DNA of 63,296 bases, the filler included, from Desulfonatronovibrionaceae bacterium (lineage in GTDB: Bacteria > Desulfobacterota > Desulfovibrionia > Desulfovibrionales > Desulfonatronovibrionaceae), in NCBI GenBank assembly GCA_046539845.1. It is 3 parts of 3 records of this genome, joined end to end, with 100 filler letters (N's around TTAATTAATTAA, not from the genome) between each part and the next. Parts side by side here need not be neighbours in the genome. Positions count along the whole stretch, not along the records: positions 1 to 24,820 come from JBKHGE010000034.1; 2 more parts are not named here. One strand, 5' to 3'. Positions 10,053-19,723 of the stretch are shown one piece after another (within the stretch, counting starts at the first letter, position 1; the number at the start of each line of letters is the position of its first letter). The notes beneath the pieces are model-generated. The model was not told where the DNA came from and did no database searches. It saw nothing but the letters and a program-made list of their open reading frames with translations. The translations under genes were made by a program, and so were the position numbers.

Positions 10053-11069
10053 ATGACAAGCGACAAAAAGCTGCTATTGGATTACGGAAGCGGGGGCAAG
10101 GCCTCACAGAGACTGGTCGGGGAACTTTTTCTGCGCCATTTCCAAAACCCCAGGCTGGAGCGACTGGATGACGCCGCCCTGCTTGAGGACATCAAACCGC
10201 CTCTTTCCATGAGTACGGACACCTTTACCGTGGACCCGCTGTTCTTCCCGGGCGGAGACATCGGCTCTCTGGCCGTGCACGGGACGGTGAATGACGTGGC
10301 TATGCTCGGGGCGGTGCCCAGGTACTTGAGCTGCGGGTTTATTCTGGAGGAAGGTCTGGATATGGCTGACCTGGAAAGGATTGTTGTCTCCATGGCCCGT
10401 GCCGCTAAAAGGGCCGGGGTGGAGATAGTCACTGGGGACACCAAGGTTGTTCCCCGCGGTGCTGCGGATAAGGTATTCATCAATACCACCGGGCTGGGCG
10501 AGGTCTTTCTTGCCCCTGGGCCTTCCGGTTCCTCAGCCGAAGCCGGGGATGTGATCCTGATAAGCGGGACAATGGGTGACCACGGCCTAACCATTCTCTC
10601 CCGACGAGAGGGCCTGGAATTTGACGCCGCAATAAGCAGTGATTCAGCCGCTCTCAATCATCTGATTGTCCGTTTACTGAAAGAGATCCCTGAGGTCCAT
10701 GTCCTGCGCGACCCCACTCGGGGCGGTTTGGCCACGACCCTAAACGAGATCGCTATTCAGTCCGGGGTGGAGTGCGTGATCCACGAAGAGAATATACCAG
10801 TCCGCGAAGAGGTCCGGGGCGGGTGTTCCTTCTTGGGGCTGGATCCCTTGTATCTGGCAAATGAAGGCAAATTCATCTGCGTGCTCCCCCGGGAGTATGC
10901 AAACAAGGCTCTGGAGATGTTGCGCAGTGACGAGCTGGGCAAAGACGCCTGTCCCATCGGGGAAGTGGCCGGTAAAAGGGACAGGGGGCGGGTGGTTTTG
11001 CGCACCCCGATCGGGGGCAGCCGGCTTTTGGATATGCTGGAGGGAGAGCAACTCCCCAGAATTTGTTGA
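10053..11069 (+). CDS. hypE: Hydrogenase maturation protein HypE
   Basis: FFPGGDIGSLAVHGTVNDVAM, GDTKVV, RDPTRGG; C-terminal GEQLPRIC. Confidence 0.98.
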   Translation: MTSDKKLLLDYGSGGKASQRLVGELFLRHFQNPRLERLDDAALLEDIKPPLSMSTDTFTVDPLFFPGGDIGSLAVHGTVNDVAMLGAVPRYLSCGFILEEGLDMADLERIVVSMARAAKRAGVEIVTGDTKVVPRGAADKVFINTTGLGEVFLAPGPSGSSAEAGDVILISGTMGDHGLTILSRREGLEFDAAISSDSAALNHLIVRLLKEIPEVHVLRDPTRGGLATTLNEIAIQSGVECVIHEENIPVREEVRGGCSFLGLDPLYLANEGKFICVLPREYANKALEMLRSDELGKDACPIGEVAGKRDRGRVVLRTPIGGSRLLDMLEGEQLPRIC

Positions 11070-11233
11070 TTTTCGGGGTTGTCCGCCCATCCCGGTCTGT
11101 GTCTGTACGGAGCGGAATTGTCAACAAACCGCTGCCTGCTTTTGCGGTTTGGAAAATAGGTAGGTGTTTTTTTGCGCCTGGTTCGGGTCCTTGCGGATTT
11201 TGATTTAATTAAATGCTTGGATTGTCCGCCAAC

Positions 11234-11255
11234 AAAAAACCCCGCCGAAGCGGGG
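11234..11255 (-). terminator. Intrinsic terminator of the HesB-like gene
   Basis: Minus strand reads CCCCGC-TTCG-GCGGGG-TTTTTT (UUCG tetraloop plus U tract), about 20 nt after the stop codon. Confidence 0.85.
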
Positions 11256-11274
11256 CCATACGGTAACCTTAAAA

Positions 11275-11577
11275 TCAACAGGCTGAACACGAAGAGCATC
11301 CGCCGTCCGCGTCCAGTTTAAGACTGGAGTGGACAACAAACCCCATGTGATTCATATCCACGGTTATGGGTGCGGCGGTCTCCATAAGGGCCTTGTCCAC
11401 CAAAAACTGGAATCCTCCAGTCTCGTGCACGGTGTCGCTTTCCTTTTGCTCGTCCAGAGCAAGAGCCAATCTCGGCCCTCCTCAGCCGGCCGCCATATAC
11501 ACCCGGATGGGCGCCTTCTCCTGGTGAGCGAAATGCTTTTCCAGTTGTGCTCTGGCAGTGTCACTTAAGTTAAACAT
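11275..11577 (-). CDS. IscA/HesB-like protein, probable selenoprotein (Sec at codon 32, TGA at 11482-11484)
   Basis: The two listed ORFs 11482..11808 and 11275..11469 share a frame across one TGA, giving MFNLSDTARAQLEKHF...IRVYMAAG-U-GGPRLALALDE...GGCSSCSAC (100 aa). AGGAGG-like RBS upstream of ATG 11577. Confidence 0.88.
11446..11462 (-). promoter_or_regulatory. Putative bacterial SECIS hairpin
   Basis: Minus strand TTGCTC-TGGAC-GAGCAA; the G-containing loop starts 25 nt after the in-frame UGA. Confidence 0.65.
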
Positions 11578-11698
11578 TGATTCTTCCCTCCTTGTTTGTT
11601 CTGAGAAAATGTAATAAAGACGCTTACATTCCTTGTCAATCCCGGTTATTTTAGGCACAAGAAATATTGCCTGATATGTCGAACAAAAAAGACCCGTT

Positions 11699-13210
11699 AT
11701 GGTTAGAAAAGCAATAATTTTTTTTCTTTTGTTTGTTTTTGCCTTTTCGCTTGCTTTTAGTGAGCAGGTGCCTCGCTTGGTTTTTGAGAAGGATATCTCC
11801 ATGCGCAAGGAGGAACTTTTGCGCTATAAAGTGCGCGCAAAGGAGCATCTGTATCAGATCATGCGCAGCTTTGGTCTGACCAACGAACAGATATCCAGGG
11901 TCATTCCGGAGATCAAGGAGTTGAACCCGCATATAGAGGACCTGTCCAACCTGCAGCCGGGCCAGACCCTGATCCTGCCGGTCCTGAAGAGCAGCAAAAA
12001 GGCGCTATCCGAGCAAATGGAGAGATGGAAGGCAAAACCGGTGAATACCCAGGTCAGGTCCGGGGATAGTGTGGTGTCCATGCTCCGCAGGATCGGCGGG
12101 GTCCCCCATTACCTTATTTTTAATGAATATTTGAACCTGTTTCGGGATCTGAATCCGGAGCTGGAGAATATTGATCAGCTCGAGCCCGGTCAGGAAGTCT
12201 CCCTCCCGGTATACACCGGTGAGGGCGCGAAAAGCGGTGCACAGGAGGAAGGGCAGGGATCAACCGTAGGCACGGGATCCAAGGCCGGGGATGGATCGGG
12301 TGCAGAGGAATCGGAAAACAGCACAGCTGTCCGGGTCCAGGAACGTGAAGAAAAGAGGCCAAAAATTGAAGAGGCGCCTGCAAAAGGACAAAAAGAAAAA
12401 GACGACGACGATGAGCCGGTCCACCCCCTGCGGGAGAGGTGTCTTACCGCTCTGGAGGCCCTGGGGCTGAAAAGAGTGCCGGGAAAGACTATGTATTTCC
12501 CCCGCGAGGACGGGAGCTGGCTGCGAATAGATCTCAAATACACCCCGGTGATCAAGGATTACTCCGGCCGCAAGATCCTGCTAGCGGAAAAGGAGCATCT
12601 TAAGAAATGGGAGTCAGGTCTGAAAGACACGGATATAGATGTCTGCCGGGCATACAACTGGGATCCGCAGGCCGTTTTGGAATGGATCGATTCCAGCAGC
12701 AGCCGGGAGATCCGGATCTGGAAGCACGACCGGCCCTTTGTGGCTTCCATAGGCAATGTAAGTCTGGAGTTCAAAGCGGATCTGATAGCCAAGGTTCAGG
12801 GGCGGGGCATGCATGTTGTCAATTTTGTCTCCGGCTCCGGGAGCGGGGATATGGCCCGGAATTTCTTGCGCAGCCTGGGCATTGAGTATTTTGAATTTCG
12901 TGTCCTTGACTCCGGACATGTGGAGTCGGCCTTTGATAAGGTCTCTTTGTCCAGCATCTATATCCCGGAAGAGGCCAGGGCCCAGCCTGCAGATATCTCC
13001 CGTCTGCAAAGACGCGGTTCGGAAAAAGACGGGGCCGGAGAGAAGAATATCCGGCTAAACCTTTTGGACGACGGCGAGCATGAGCTGGTTTTGTCTTTAT
13101 CCGTACAGACCGTTCCGGATGGGCGCCTGGTTCTTTCCGGTAAGGCGGCCAATCCATATCTGTTTGCTTTGTTGAAAATGGCCGGCCACGAATGCCTAAT
13201 GGTACGCTGA
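11699..13210 (+). CDS. Exported protein with two LysM-like domains, charged linker and uncharacterised C-terminus
   Basis: N-terminal signal peptide; YKVRAKEHLYQI...LNPHIEDLSNLQPGQTLILP and QVRSGDSVVSML...LNPELENIDQLEPGQEVSLP. Confidence 0.8.
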   Translation: MVRKAIIFFLLFVFAFSLAFSEQVPRLVFEKDISMRKEELLRYKVRAKEHLYQIMRSFGLTNEQISRVIPEIKELNPHIEDLSNLQPGQTLILPVLKSSKKALSEQMERWKAKPVNTQVRSGDSVVSMLRRIGGVPHYLIFNEYLNLFRDLNPELENIDQLEPGQEVSLPVYTGEGAKSGAQEEGQGSTVGTGSKAGDGSGAEESENSTAVRVQEREEKRPKIEEAPAKGQKEKDDDDEPVHPLRERCLTALEALGLKRVPGKTMYFPREDGSWLRIDLKYTPVIKDYSGRKILLAEKEHLKKWESGLKDTDIDVCRAYNWDPQAVLEWIDSSSSREIRIWKHDRPFVASIGNVSLEFKADLIAKVQGRGMHVVNFVSGSGSGDMARNFLRSLGIEYFEFRVLDSGHVESAFDKVSLSSIYIPEEARAQPADISRLQRRGSEKDGAGEKNIRLNLLDDGEHELVLSLSVQTVPDGRLVLSGKAANPYLFALLKMAGHECLMVR

Positions 13211-13348
13211 AAGCGCGGTTCGGATGTTAAAAAAATGAGAGTATCCGTATTTGCGGACCCAGTTGTCCACCAGTCCCTGGTACTTGCGGATACTGAGTTC
13301 CGGGCAGTTTTCTTGCATTTTTTGCATCCGTTTGTTGCAGTGGATTGT

Positions 13349-14962
13349 TCAGGTTATGAATTCGAATTTTTCCGCGTCAAACAGCCCCTTGTCACTTATC
13401 TTCAGACTGGGGATGACCAAAAGGGCCATAAAAGATAGCTCCATATACGGGGCCCGGAGTGGGCTTCCCATCTCCCGGGCCAGGGAATGCAGACGTTTAT
13501 ACGCAGCAGCGGTCTCTGGGCCGGGGCTTTTGGTCATTAATCCGGCCACCGGTAGAGGTAGGCTGTCTTCCCGGTCCGGACCGCTCGCGGCTATGCCCCC
13601 GCAGGAGCGCATGACCATATTCACCGCCCGGGACAGGTATTTGTCCGAGGTGCCCACGACCACGATATTGTGCGAATCATGAGCTACTGAAGAGGCAATA
13701 GCCCCTTTGCGGATCCCGAAGCCGCGGACGAATCCGGTCGCGGGGGGTCTCTTCTCATATCTGTTTACTACCGCAATCTTCAGGATGTCTTTTTTCGGGT
13801 CGGCCGGGATCTCTCCGTTTTCCGGAGTCAGGTCGGGAAATGATTTTCCGGTCACTAAAGAGCCTTCCCTGACCTCGATGACCGGGAAAGCCGCTTTGTC
13901 GGCCGTAACCCTGAAGTCCTCCGGGTGCAGGGAATAGGGATGGAAGTTGTTGATCTCCGGAATTTCTATTGGGGCCGGGCGCTCTTGGCCTTTTGCGTAT
14001 ACCTGTTTCCCGTCTATCCAGGTCTCAAAGACATCCATTTCCTCCGGGCTGTGCGCGAGCACAAAGTCCGCTGGTTGCCCTTCCTGCAAAAGCCCGACAC
14101 CGAGGCCGTAGTGCCGCACCGGGGTGACGCAGGCCGCCGTCAAGGTATCCATGAGATCGTAGCCGCAGGCAATTGCCCTGGCTGCGAGCTTGTTGATATG
14201 TCCCTGCAAAAGGTCTTCTGCGTGTTTGTCGTCCGAGCAAAACATTATTCTGCCCGGATGGGACTTTAAAATCGGGATCAGGTCATTGAAATTTCTGGCT
14301 GCGCTACCTTCGCGGATAATGATTTTCATTCCGTATTCCAGTTTGTCCAGGGCCTCTTGAAGGCTCGAGCATTCGTGGTCGGTGCTGATTCCCGCGGATA
14401 TATAGGCGGCCGCTTTCTTCCCGGTGAGTCCTGGTGCATGACCGTCCACCGGCTTGCCCAGGTCCAAGGCGGCCCTTATTTTGGCCATGACCTGGTGGTC
14501 TTTGCTCAACACCCCAGGCCAGTTCATCATTTCCGAGAGATACGGCAGGTCCTCCCTTTTCAGGAGATCGGCCACTGTATCTGCATCCAGATTCGCTCCC
14601 GAGGTCTCGAATGGGGTGGCCGGCACACAGGACGGGACCCCGAACGCGAATTTAAGCTGCGAACGGCGGCCGTTGTCAATCATGAAGTCCAGTCCCTGCA
14701 CCCCGCAGACATTGGTGATCTCGTGTGGATCGGACACAGTGGCCACAGTCCCGTGTTTGAGAGCTATTTGCGCGAACTCAAAGGGTACAAGCCTGGAGCT
14801 TTCTATGTGCACGTGGGCGTCCACAAATCCGGGAAGGATGTATGCGCGGCAGTTATGCTTGGTTCTTTTGATCTCGGTTATTTTTTGGTTTTCAATTCTG
14901 ATCTCTCCTCGGAAACGCTCTCTTCTGACCGGGTCCAGGATGATGCCCTTGACGGTTTGCAT
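13349..14962 (-). CDS. ade: Adenine deaminase (alternative GTG start at 14983)
   Basis: PGFVDAHVHIESS, DPHEI, EMMNWPGV, DGHAPGL, TDHEC, IREGSAA, ASSVAHDSHN. Confidence 0.96.
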   Translation of the reverse strand: MQTVKGIILDPVRRERFRGEIRIENQKITEIKRTKHNCRAYILPGFVDAHVHIESSRLVPFEFAQIALKHGTVATVSDPHEITNVCGVQGLDFMIDNGRRSQLKFAFGVPSCVPATPFETSGANLDADTVADLLKREDLPYLSEMMNWPGVLSKDHQVMAKIRAALDLGKPVDGHAPGLTGKKAAAYISAGISTDHECSSLQEALDKLEYGMKIIIREGSAARNFNDLIPILKSHPGRIMFCSDDKHAEDLLQGHINKLAARAIACGYDLMDTLTAACVTPVRHYGLGVGLLQEGQPADFVLAHSPEEMDVFETWIDGKQVYAKGQERPAPIEIPEINNFHPYSLHPEDFRVTADKAAFPVIEVREGSLVTGKSFPDLTPENGEIPADPKKDILKIAVVNRYEKRPPATGFVRGFGIRKGAIASSVAHDSHNIVVVGTSDKYLSRAVNMVMRSCGGIAASGPDREDSLPLPVAGLMTKSPGPETAAAYKRLHSLAREMGSPLRAPYMELSFMALLVIPSLKISDKGLFDAEKFEFIT

Positions 14963-14972
14963 GTCTTTTCCT

Positions 14973-15800
14973 TCAGATCTCACTGTTTTTTACCGTTTTT
15001 TTGGGGATTAGTAGGTTTGCGCTCACTTTAGTGAAAAAGCCGGCGCTGGCCACGGCGATGATACATGCCCCGGAGGTGATGTTAAAGCGATAGGAAAGAT
15101 ACAGGCCGAGAAGACAAAAGACCAGGCTGTAGATGCAGGCCTTGAGCATCATCCAGGCCAAAGAGCGGCTTTTTCCCCGGGCCAGATAGGGGGGGATGGA
15201 TAAGAGGGCGATGACTAGGATAAGGCCAACGACCTGGATGAGCATGACCACGGAGACAGCGATCATGGTCAAAAGCAGGAAGTACAGGGGGGTCACCGCG
15301 ACTCCGCGGGTGCGGGCGAAGTCCGGATCAAAAGACATGAGCAGAAAATCGTGGTAAAATATTAAGGTCAAGGCCAGGACAGACACGATCAAAGCGAGCA
15401 TTATCCAGATATCGAAGCGGGGCACGGTGAGGATGCTGCCGAAAAGGTAGCTCATCAGGTCCACGTTATATCCCGGGGAAATATCCAAAAGGATTATACC
15501 CAGGGCCATTCCCGAGGCCCAGAGAACTCCTATGACCGTGTCCGCGTTCTCCATATTGCGTACGGTTATGCCGGCCATGATCAAAGAGGCCAGCATGGTT
15601 ATTCCCAGGGTGCAGGGCAGAACCGGCAGGCCCAAAAAAAACGCTAGCCCGACTCCGCCATAGGCGGTGTGGGCGATCCCGCCGGAGAGGAATACCAGTC
15701 GGTTGATCACCACCAGCGACCCGATGATCCCACAGGCTATGCTGGCCAGCAAAGCGGCCAGTAACGCGTTCTGCATAAAGGTCATCTTGAGTATTTCCAT
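14973..15800 (-). CDS. znuB: Zn/Mn ABC transporter permease
   Basis: GGIAHTAYGGVG, DLMSYLFGSIL, SFDPDFARTRGV; multiple transmembrane segments. Confidence 0.88.
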   Translation of the reverse strand: MEILKMTFMQNALLAALLASIACGIIGSLVVINRLVFLSGGIAHTAYGGVGLAFFLGLPVLPCTLGITMLASLIMAGITVRNMENADTVIGVLWASGMALGIILLDISPGYNVDLMSYLFGSILTVPRFDIWIMLALIVSVLALTLIFYHDFLLMSFDPDFARTRGVAVTPLYFLLLTMIAVSVVMLIQVVGLILVIALLSIPPYLARGKSRSLAWMMLKACIYSLVFCLLGLYLSYRFNITSGACIIAVASAGFFTKVSANLLIPKKTVKNSEI

Positions 15801-15802
15801 TC

Positions 15803-16591
15803 TCAGTCCTGCGTTTGCTGTTCCGGGGGCAGGTTTACGCTCTGGATGTATCTGTCCATGGGGCAGGAATGGTGGTGTACACCATACAGAAGAGAGAGCA
15901 TGTCCTCGGTGATCTCCCGGCCCCGGGCATGGATGAGCCTTTTGTTCACGCAGGCGATGCTGTTTATGTCCAAAGCGGTTATGCTCAGGTCGTGGCTGAC
16001 CACGATAATGGTCAGCTCCCGGTGCAGGGTACCCAAGAGTTCAAAGAAGCAGAAACGGCCCTCGGGATCAATGTTTGAGGTGGGCTCGTCAAAGACCAAA
16101 AGCTCGGGATCATCTGCCAGGGCTCGGGCGATAAATACCCTTTGCCTCTGCCCGCCGGAGAGCCTGTCCATCCGGCGGTGGAAAAATTTTTCCTCAATTC
16201 CGGATCTGACAAGGGCGGATCTGGCGGCTTCCCGTTTCTCCCGGGGAAAAAAGACTTCTTTTTTGCGGCATTTGCGCATGCCCAGCATAACCACCTGTTC
16301 CACGGTAATGGGAAATTCGGTTCGAATATTGCTGTGCTGGGGGACGTAGCCGATTCTGGAGGCGGAACGCTTTGGTGCGCTCCCGAAGACCGCTACTCTG
16401 CCCTGGTCCGGTTTGAGCAGGCCCAAAATTATTTTCAGCAGGGTGGTCTTGCCTCCGCCATTGGGACCGATCATGGCCAAAAAGTCCCTGTTTTCCACCC
16501 GCAGGCTGATGTCTTTTAAAACCGGGCTCTCGTCGTAGGCAAAAGATACTTTGTCCAACTCGACCGGGATCGGATCGTGTTCAGCCCCCAT
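15803..16591 (-). CDS. znuC: Zn/Mn ABC transporter ATPase
   Basis: GPNGGGKTT, IGYVPQ, LSGGQRQR, FDEPT, VSHDL; His-containing C-terminus. Confidence 0.88.
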   Translation of the reverse strand: MGAEHDPIPVELDKVSFAYDESPVLKDISLRVENRDFLAMIGPNGGGKTTLLKIILGLLKPDQGRVAVFGSAPKRSASRIGYVPQHSNIRTEFPITVEQVVMLGMRKCRKKEVFFPREKREAARSALVRSGIEEKFFHRRMDRLSGGQRQRVFIARALADDPELLVFDEPTSNIDPEGRFCFFELLGTLHRELTIIVVSHDLSITALDINSIACVNKRLIHARGREITEDMLSLLYGVHHHSCPMDRYIQSVNLPPEQQTQD

Positions 16592-16593
16592 AG

Positions 16594-17475
16594 CTACTGA
16601 AGCGAGTCCTTGAGTTTTTCCGCCGCTCGGATCAGATTGTCTTCCCAGTCCTCGGCCAGGGGGTCGATTTCCACCACTTGACCGTTGATTGCGTCCGCGA
16701 TTACTTTGGCATTTTTGCTGGAGAACTGGGGCTGGACAAACACCGTGTCCATGCCCAGCTCTCCGGCCCTGTGCACCAGGGCGGACAGCTGTTGCGCCCC
16801 GGGCTTTTTGCCCTCGATTTCTATGGCCAGCTGCTCCAGGCCGTAGCTACGGGCCAAATAGCCCCAGGAGGGATGGAAGACCATAAATTTGTTTTTGCCC
16901 GGATTTTTGCAGAACATATCCAATAGTCGATTGTCTATTTTGTGCAGTTCCCGAGCAAAGGAGGCGTAGTTGCGCATGTAATCCTCCCTGTTTTCCGGGT
17001 CCGCCTGGATTAATCCATCCCGGATGTTTCTGGCCTGGATCCTGACCAGGGAGGGGGCGAGCCAGATATGCGGATCCATTACCGCCTCTCCCCGGGTATC
17101 TTTCCCCCTCTTACCCGGCAGGGGCTGTTTGGATATGCCCTCCTGGGTCTTTACTATTTTTAGTTTGGGGTTGACCTCATTTATTTTGGGCAGCCAGGAG
17201 TCCTCGAAAGGAACCCCGATCGCGAAATACACCTGGGCCTCGGTCAGGCTGACCATCTGAGACGGGCTGGGCTCGTAGGTGGCGGGATTGGCCCCGGGCT
17301 TGACCAGGGCCCGGGTCTGGACATGGTCGCCTCCTATTTTATGGACAAAATATTTCTGGGGTAGGATGCTGACCACGGCTGCTATCCTGTCCGCAGAACA
17401 TCGTCCTCCGGACGGGGGCAGAACCAGGGCCGGCAGCAGAGCAGCAACGACAAGCAGTATCTTCGCGGTTTTCAT
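16594..17475 (-). CDS. znuA: Zn/Mn ABC transporter substrate-binding protein
   Basis: Starts MKTAKILLVVAALL (signal peptide); PATYEP, DPHIWLAP, FHPSWGY. The listed extension to 18054 is antisense to zupT. Confidence 0.88.
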   Translation of the reverse strand: MKTAKILLVVAALLPALVLPPSGGRCSADRIAAVVSILPQKYFVHKIGGDHVQTRALVKPGANPATYEPSPSQMVSLTEAQVYFAIGVPFEDSWLPKINEVNPKLKIVKTQEGISKQPLPGKRGKDTRGEAVMDPHIWLAPSLVRIQARNIRDGLIQADPENREDYMRNYASFARELHKIDNRLLDMFCKNPGKNKFMVFHPSWGYLARSYGLEQLAIEIEGKKPGAQQLSALVHRAGELGMDTVFVQPQFSSKNAKVIADAINGQVVEIDPLAEDWEDNLIRAAEKLKDSLQ

Positions 17476-17556
17476 CTCTTTCTGCCTGTTTTTGGGGTTT
17501 GCGGTTACCAGGAAAGCCTTATAAGCCAAAACTAATAAATTGTAAGCAAACTCATT

Positions 17557-18369
17557 ATGGATGTAAATAATGTTCTGCTGGCCTTTTCCCTGACCCTTTT
17601 GGCCGGACTTTCCACGGGCATCGGTAGTGCGCTGGCCTTTTTCGTGCGCCGGACCAACCCGAAGATGCTTTCCCTGGCCCTGGGGTTTTCGGCCGGGGTG
17701 ATGATCTATGTCTCTTTTGCGGAGATATTGGTCAAGGCCAGGGGGTCTCTGCAGGCCGGATTGGGAGAGGTTGCCGGCGCCTGGTGGACAACAGCCGCTT
17801 TTTTTACCGGAATGGCAGTTATCGGGATGATAGACAAGCTGGTCCCCTCTTCCGAAAATCCGCATGAGGCACACCGCATAGAGTATCTGGGGCGCGAGGA
17901 GCAGAAAGAGGAGTATGCCGGGCTTTACCGCACCGGGGTGTTCACCGCCCTGGCCATAGCCATTCACAACTTCCCCGAAGGTCTGGCCACATTTGCCGCC
18001 AACCTCCAGGACCCGGCTCTCGGGTTTCCCATTGCCGTGGCCATAGCCCTGCACAATATTCCCGAGGGTATAGCCGTCTCGGTCCCCCTGTACTACGCCA
18101 CAGGGAGCAGGAAGAAGGCGTTTTTCCTGTCCTTTCTTTCCGGATTGGCTGAGCCGGCCGGGGCCTTGATAGGATTTTTGCTGCTTATGCCCTTTTTAAG
18201 TCCGGTGACCTTTGGGGCCCTGTTTGCCGGGGTGGCCGGGATTATGGTCTTTATCTCCCTGGACGAACTTTTGCCCTCTGCCGAGGAATACGGGGAGCAT
18301 CATCTGGCCATAATCGGCGTAGTTGCCGGCATGGCGGTCATGGCTGGCAGTCTTTTGTCTTTTATGTAG
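17557..18369 (+). CDS. zupT: ZIP family metal transporter ZupT
   Basis: [46 protein letters not shown]. Confidence 0.95.
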   Translation: MDVNNVLLAFSLTLLAGLSTGIGSALAFFVRRTNPKMLSLALGFSAGVMIYVSFAEILVKARGSLQAGLGEVAGAWWTTAAFFTGMAVIGMIDKLVPSSENPHEAHRIEYLGREEQKEEYAGLYRTGVFTALAIAIHNFPEGLATFAANLQDPALGFPIAVAIALHNIPEGIAVSVPLYYATGSRKKAFFLSFLSGLAEPAGALIGFLLLMPFLSPVTFGALFAGVAGIMVFISLDELLPSAEEYGEHHLAIIGVVAGMAVMAGSLLSFM

Positions 18370-18446
18370 TCTGTAAACCATCCCCACCGGCTGTCGATGA
18401 CAGGCGCATTGACAAGGCCGGGGTATGCTAATACCAGAATTGCTGT

Positions 18447-18678
18447 CAGGTGCCTTCGGGGCATAATAGGGAATCCTGTGCAAGTCAGGAGCGGACCCGC
18501 CGCCGTAAGTCCCGCAGATCCCTGTTTTCAACGGCTCCACTGCCTTGCACTCACTTTAGGTCAGGTAATTTTTTCCCGGCTGTTCATTTTTGGAAATATG
18601 ATCCGGCCGGCAAATCCCAAAAGTGAGTGCCGGACGGGAAGGGGGAAAACAGGAGGGGCGAGCCGGAAGACCTGCCTG
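18447..18678 (+). ncRNA. Cobalamin riboswitch
   Basis: CAGGTGCC...AATAGGGAATCCTGTGCAAGTCAGGAGCGGACCCGCCGCCGTAA, CCACTG...GGGAAGG and B12-box GAGCCGGAAGACCTGCCTG; lies upstream of cbiK. Confidence 0.95.
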
Positions 18679-18745
18679 GCGCGGATGGACGGTTTCCACG
18701 GACAACGGGACATTTGTCCGGGGAAACAAAGGGTGAAAAACGGTG

Positions 18746-18783
18746 CCCTTTTGTCTTTAAAACAGGACAAAAGGGTTTTTTTT
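18746..18783 (+). terminator. Riboswitch-controlled intrinsic terminator (attenuator)
   Basis: CCCTTTTGTC...GACAAAAGGG followed by T8. The upstream ACAAAGGG could form an alternative antiterminator pairing. Confidence 0.8.
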
Positions 18784-18829
18784 CGCCTTATGCATCTGGA
18801 GATGTCCCCCAACCCGTATGGGAGAAGGT

Positions 18830-19723
18830 ATGTACGCAGCAAAGCTTGTTTTATTGTCCGCTTTTTTGGTCTGTTTTTTCACTGGCTCGGCAGCCGCACA
18901 CGGACACGGCCGGGAGCAAGAAAGAAAGCAGGAGCCCAAAACTGGGATTCTGCTTGTTTCCTTCGGCACCACCGTGTCCGAGGCAAAAAAGGCCATGGAC
19001 CATATTGAGGAGCAGACCAGGAAAAATTTCTCAGCAATACCGGTCAGATGGGCGTATACTTCGAGCATAGTCAGGCACAGGCTGGCAGAAAATGGGGAGA
19101 GTGTCCCCTCTGTGGCCCAGGCCCTGTCCGATATGCTGGAGGAGGGTTTCAACCGCATTGCGGTGCAGTCCCTGCATGTGATTCCCGGAAAGGAGTACAC
19201 AGGGCTTGAGAGGACGGTCGCCGCGTTTCAGGACTTGGCCCCGCAGGCCAGAATCGCCTTGGGCGCTCCGCTTATGTATGAGCACAAGGATATGGAGCGT
19301 GTGGCGGAGGCGGTCCTCCGGATGGCCGCTCCTTTTACGGATGCGGGCAAAACCGTAGTCCTCATGGGCCACGGCACTCACCATGCGGCAAATATTTATT
19401 ATCCCGGGCTGCAGGACTATCTTCAGCGCCGTTCCGCAGACGTGCTGGTGGGCGCGGTGGAGGGGTTTCCGGGCCTGGAGCAGGTGATACAGGATTTGAG
19501 ACAAAGCAATGCTTCCTCTGTCTGCCTTATTCCATTTATGTCCGTGGCCGGGGATCACGCCAGAAACGATATGGCCGGCTCGGAAAAGGACTCCTGGAAG
19601 AGCCGGTTCCAAGCCGAGGGCCTGGACACCACTGCTGTGTTAAAGGGGCTGGGTGAGGAGAGCGGCTTTGTCTCTATCTGGATGGATCATCTTAAACAGG
19701 CCCTGCATGAGGCGGCTGAGTAG
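18830..19723 (+). CDS. cbiK: Sirohydrochlorin cobaltochelatase, periplasmic (CbiK-P) type
   Basis: Signal peptide; ILLVSFGT, RWAYTSSIVR, VQSLHVIPGKEY, LMGHGTHH, PFMSVAGDHARNDMAG. Confidence 0.93.
   Translation: MYAAKLVLLSAFLVCFFTGSAAAHGHGREQERKQEPKTGILLVSFGTTVSEAKKAMDHIEEQTRKNFSAIPVRWAYTSSIVRHRLAENGESVPSVAQALSDMLEEGFNRIAVQSLHVIPGKEYTGLERTVAAFQDLAPQARIALGAPLMYEHKDMERVAEAVLRMAAPFTDAGKTVVLMGHGTHHAANIYYPGLQDYLQRRSADVLVGAVEGFPGLEQVIQDLRQSNASSVCLIPFMSVAGDHARNDMAGSEKDSWKSRFQAEGLDTTAVLKGLGEESGFVSIWMDHLKQALHEAAE

Noticed and set aside
11578..11808. Upstream extension of the HesB-like ORF
   Set aside because: Overlaps the LysM gene and the intergenic region; the RBS supports ATG 11577.
17476..18054. 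N-terminal extension of the 486-aa znuA ORF
   Set aside because: Antisense shadow of zupT; the signal peptide starts at 17475.
18409..18440. TTGACA upstream of the riboswitch as a sigma70 promoter
   Set aside because: No convincing -10 hexamer at 16-18 nt spacing.
18397..19008. 203-aa ORF upstream of cbiK
   Set aside because: Overlies the cobalamin riboswitch and terminator; no protein motifs.
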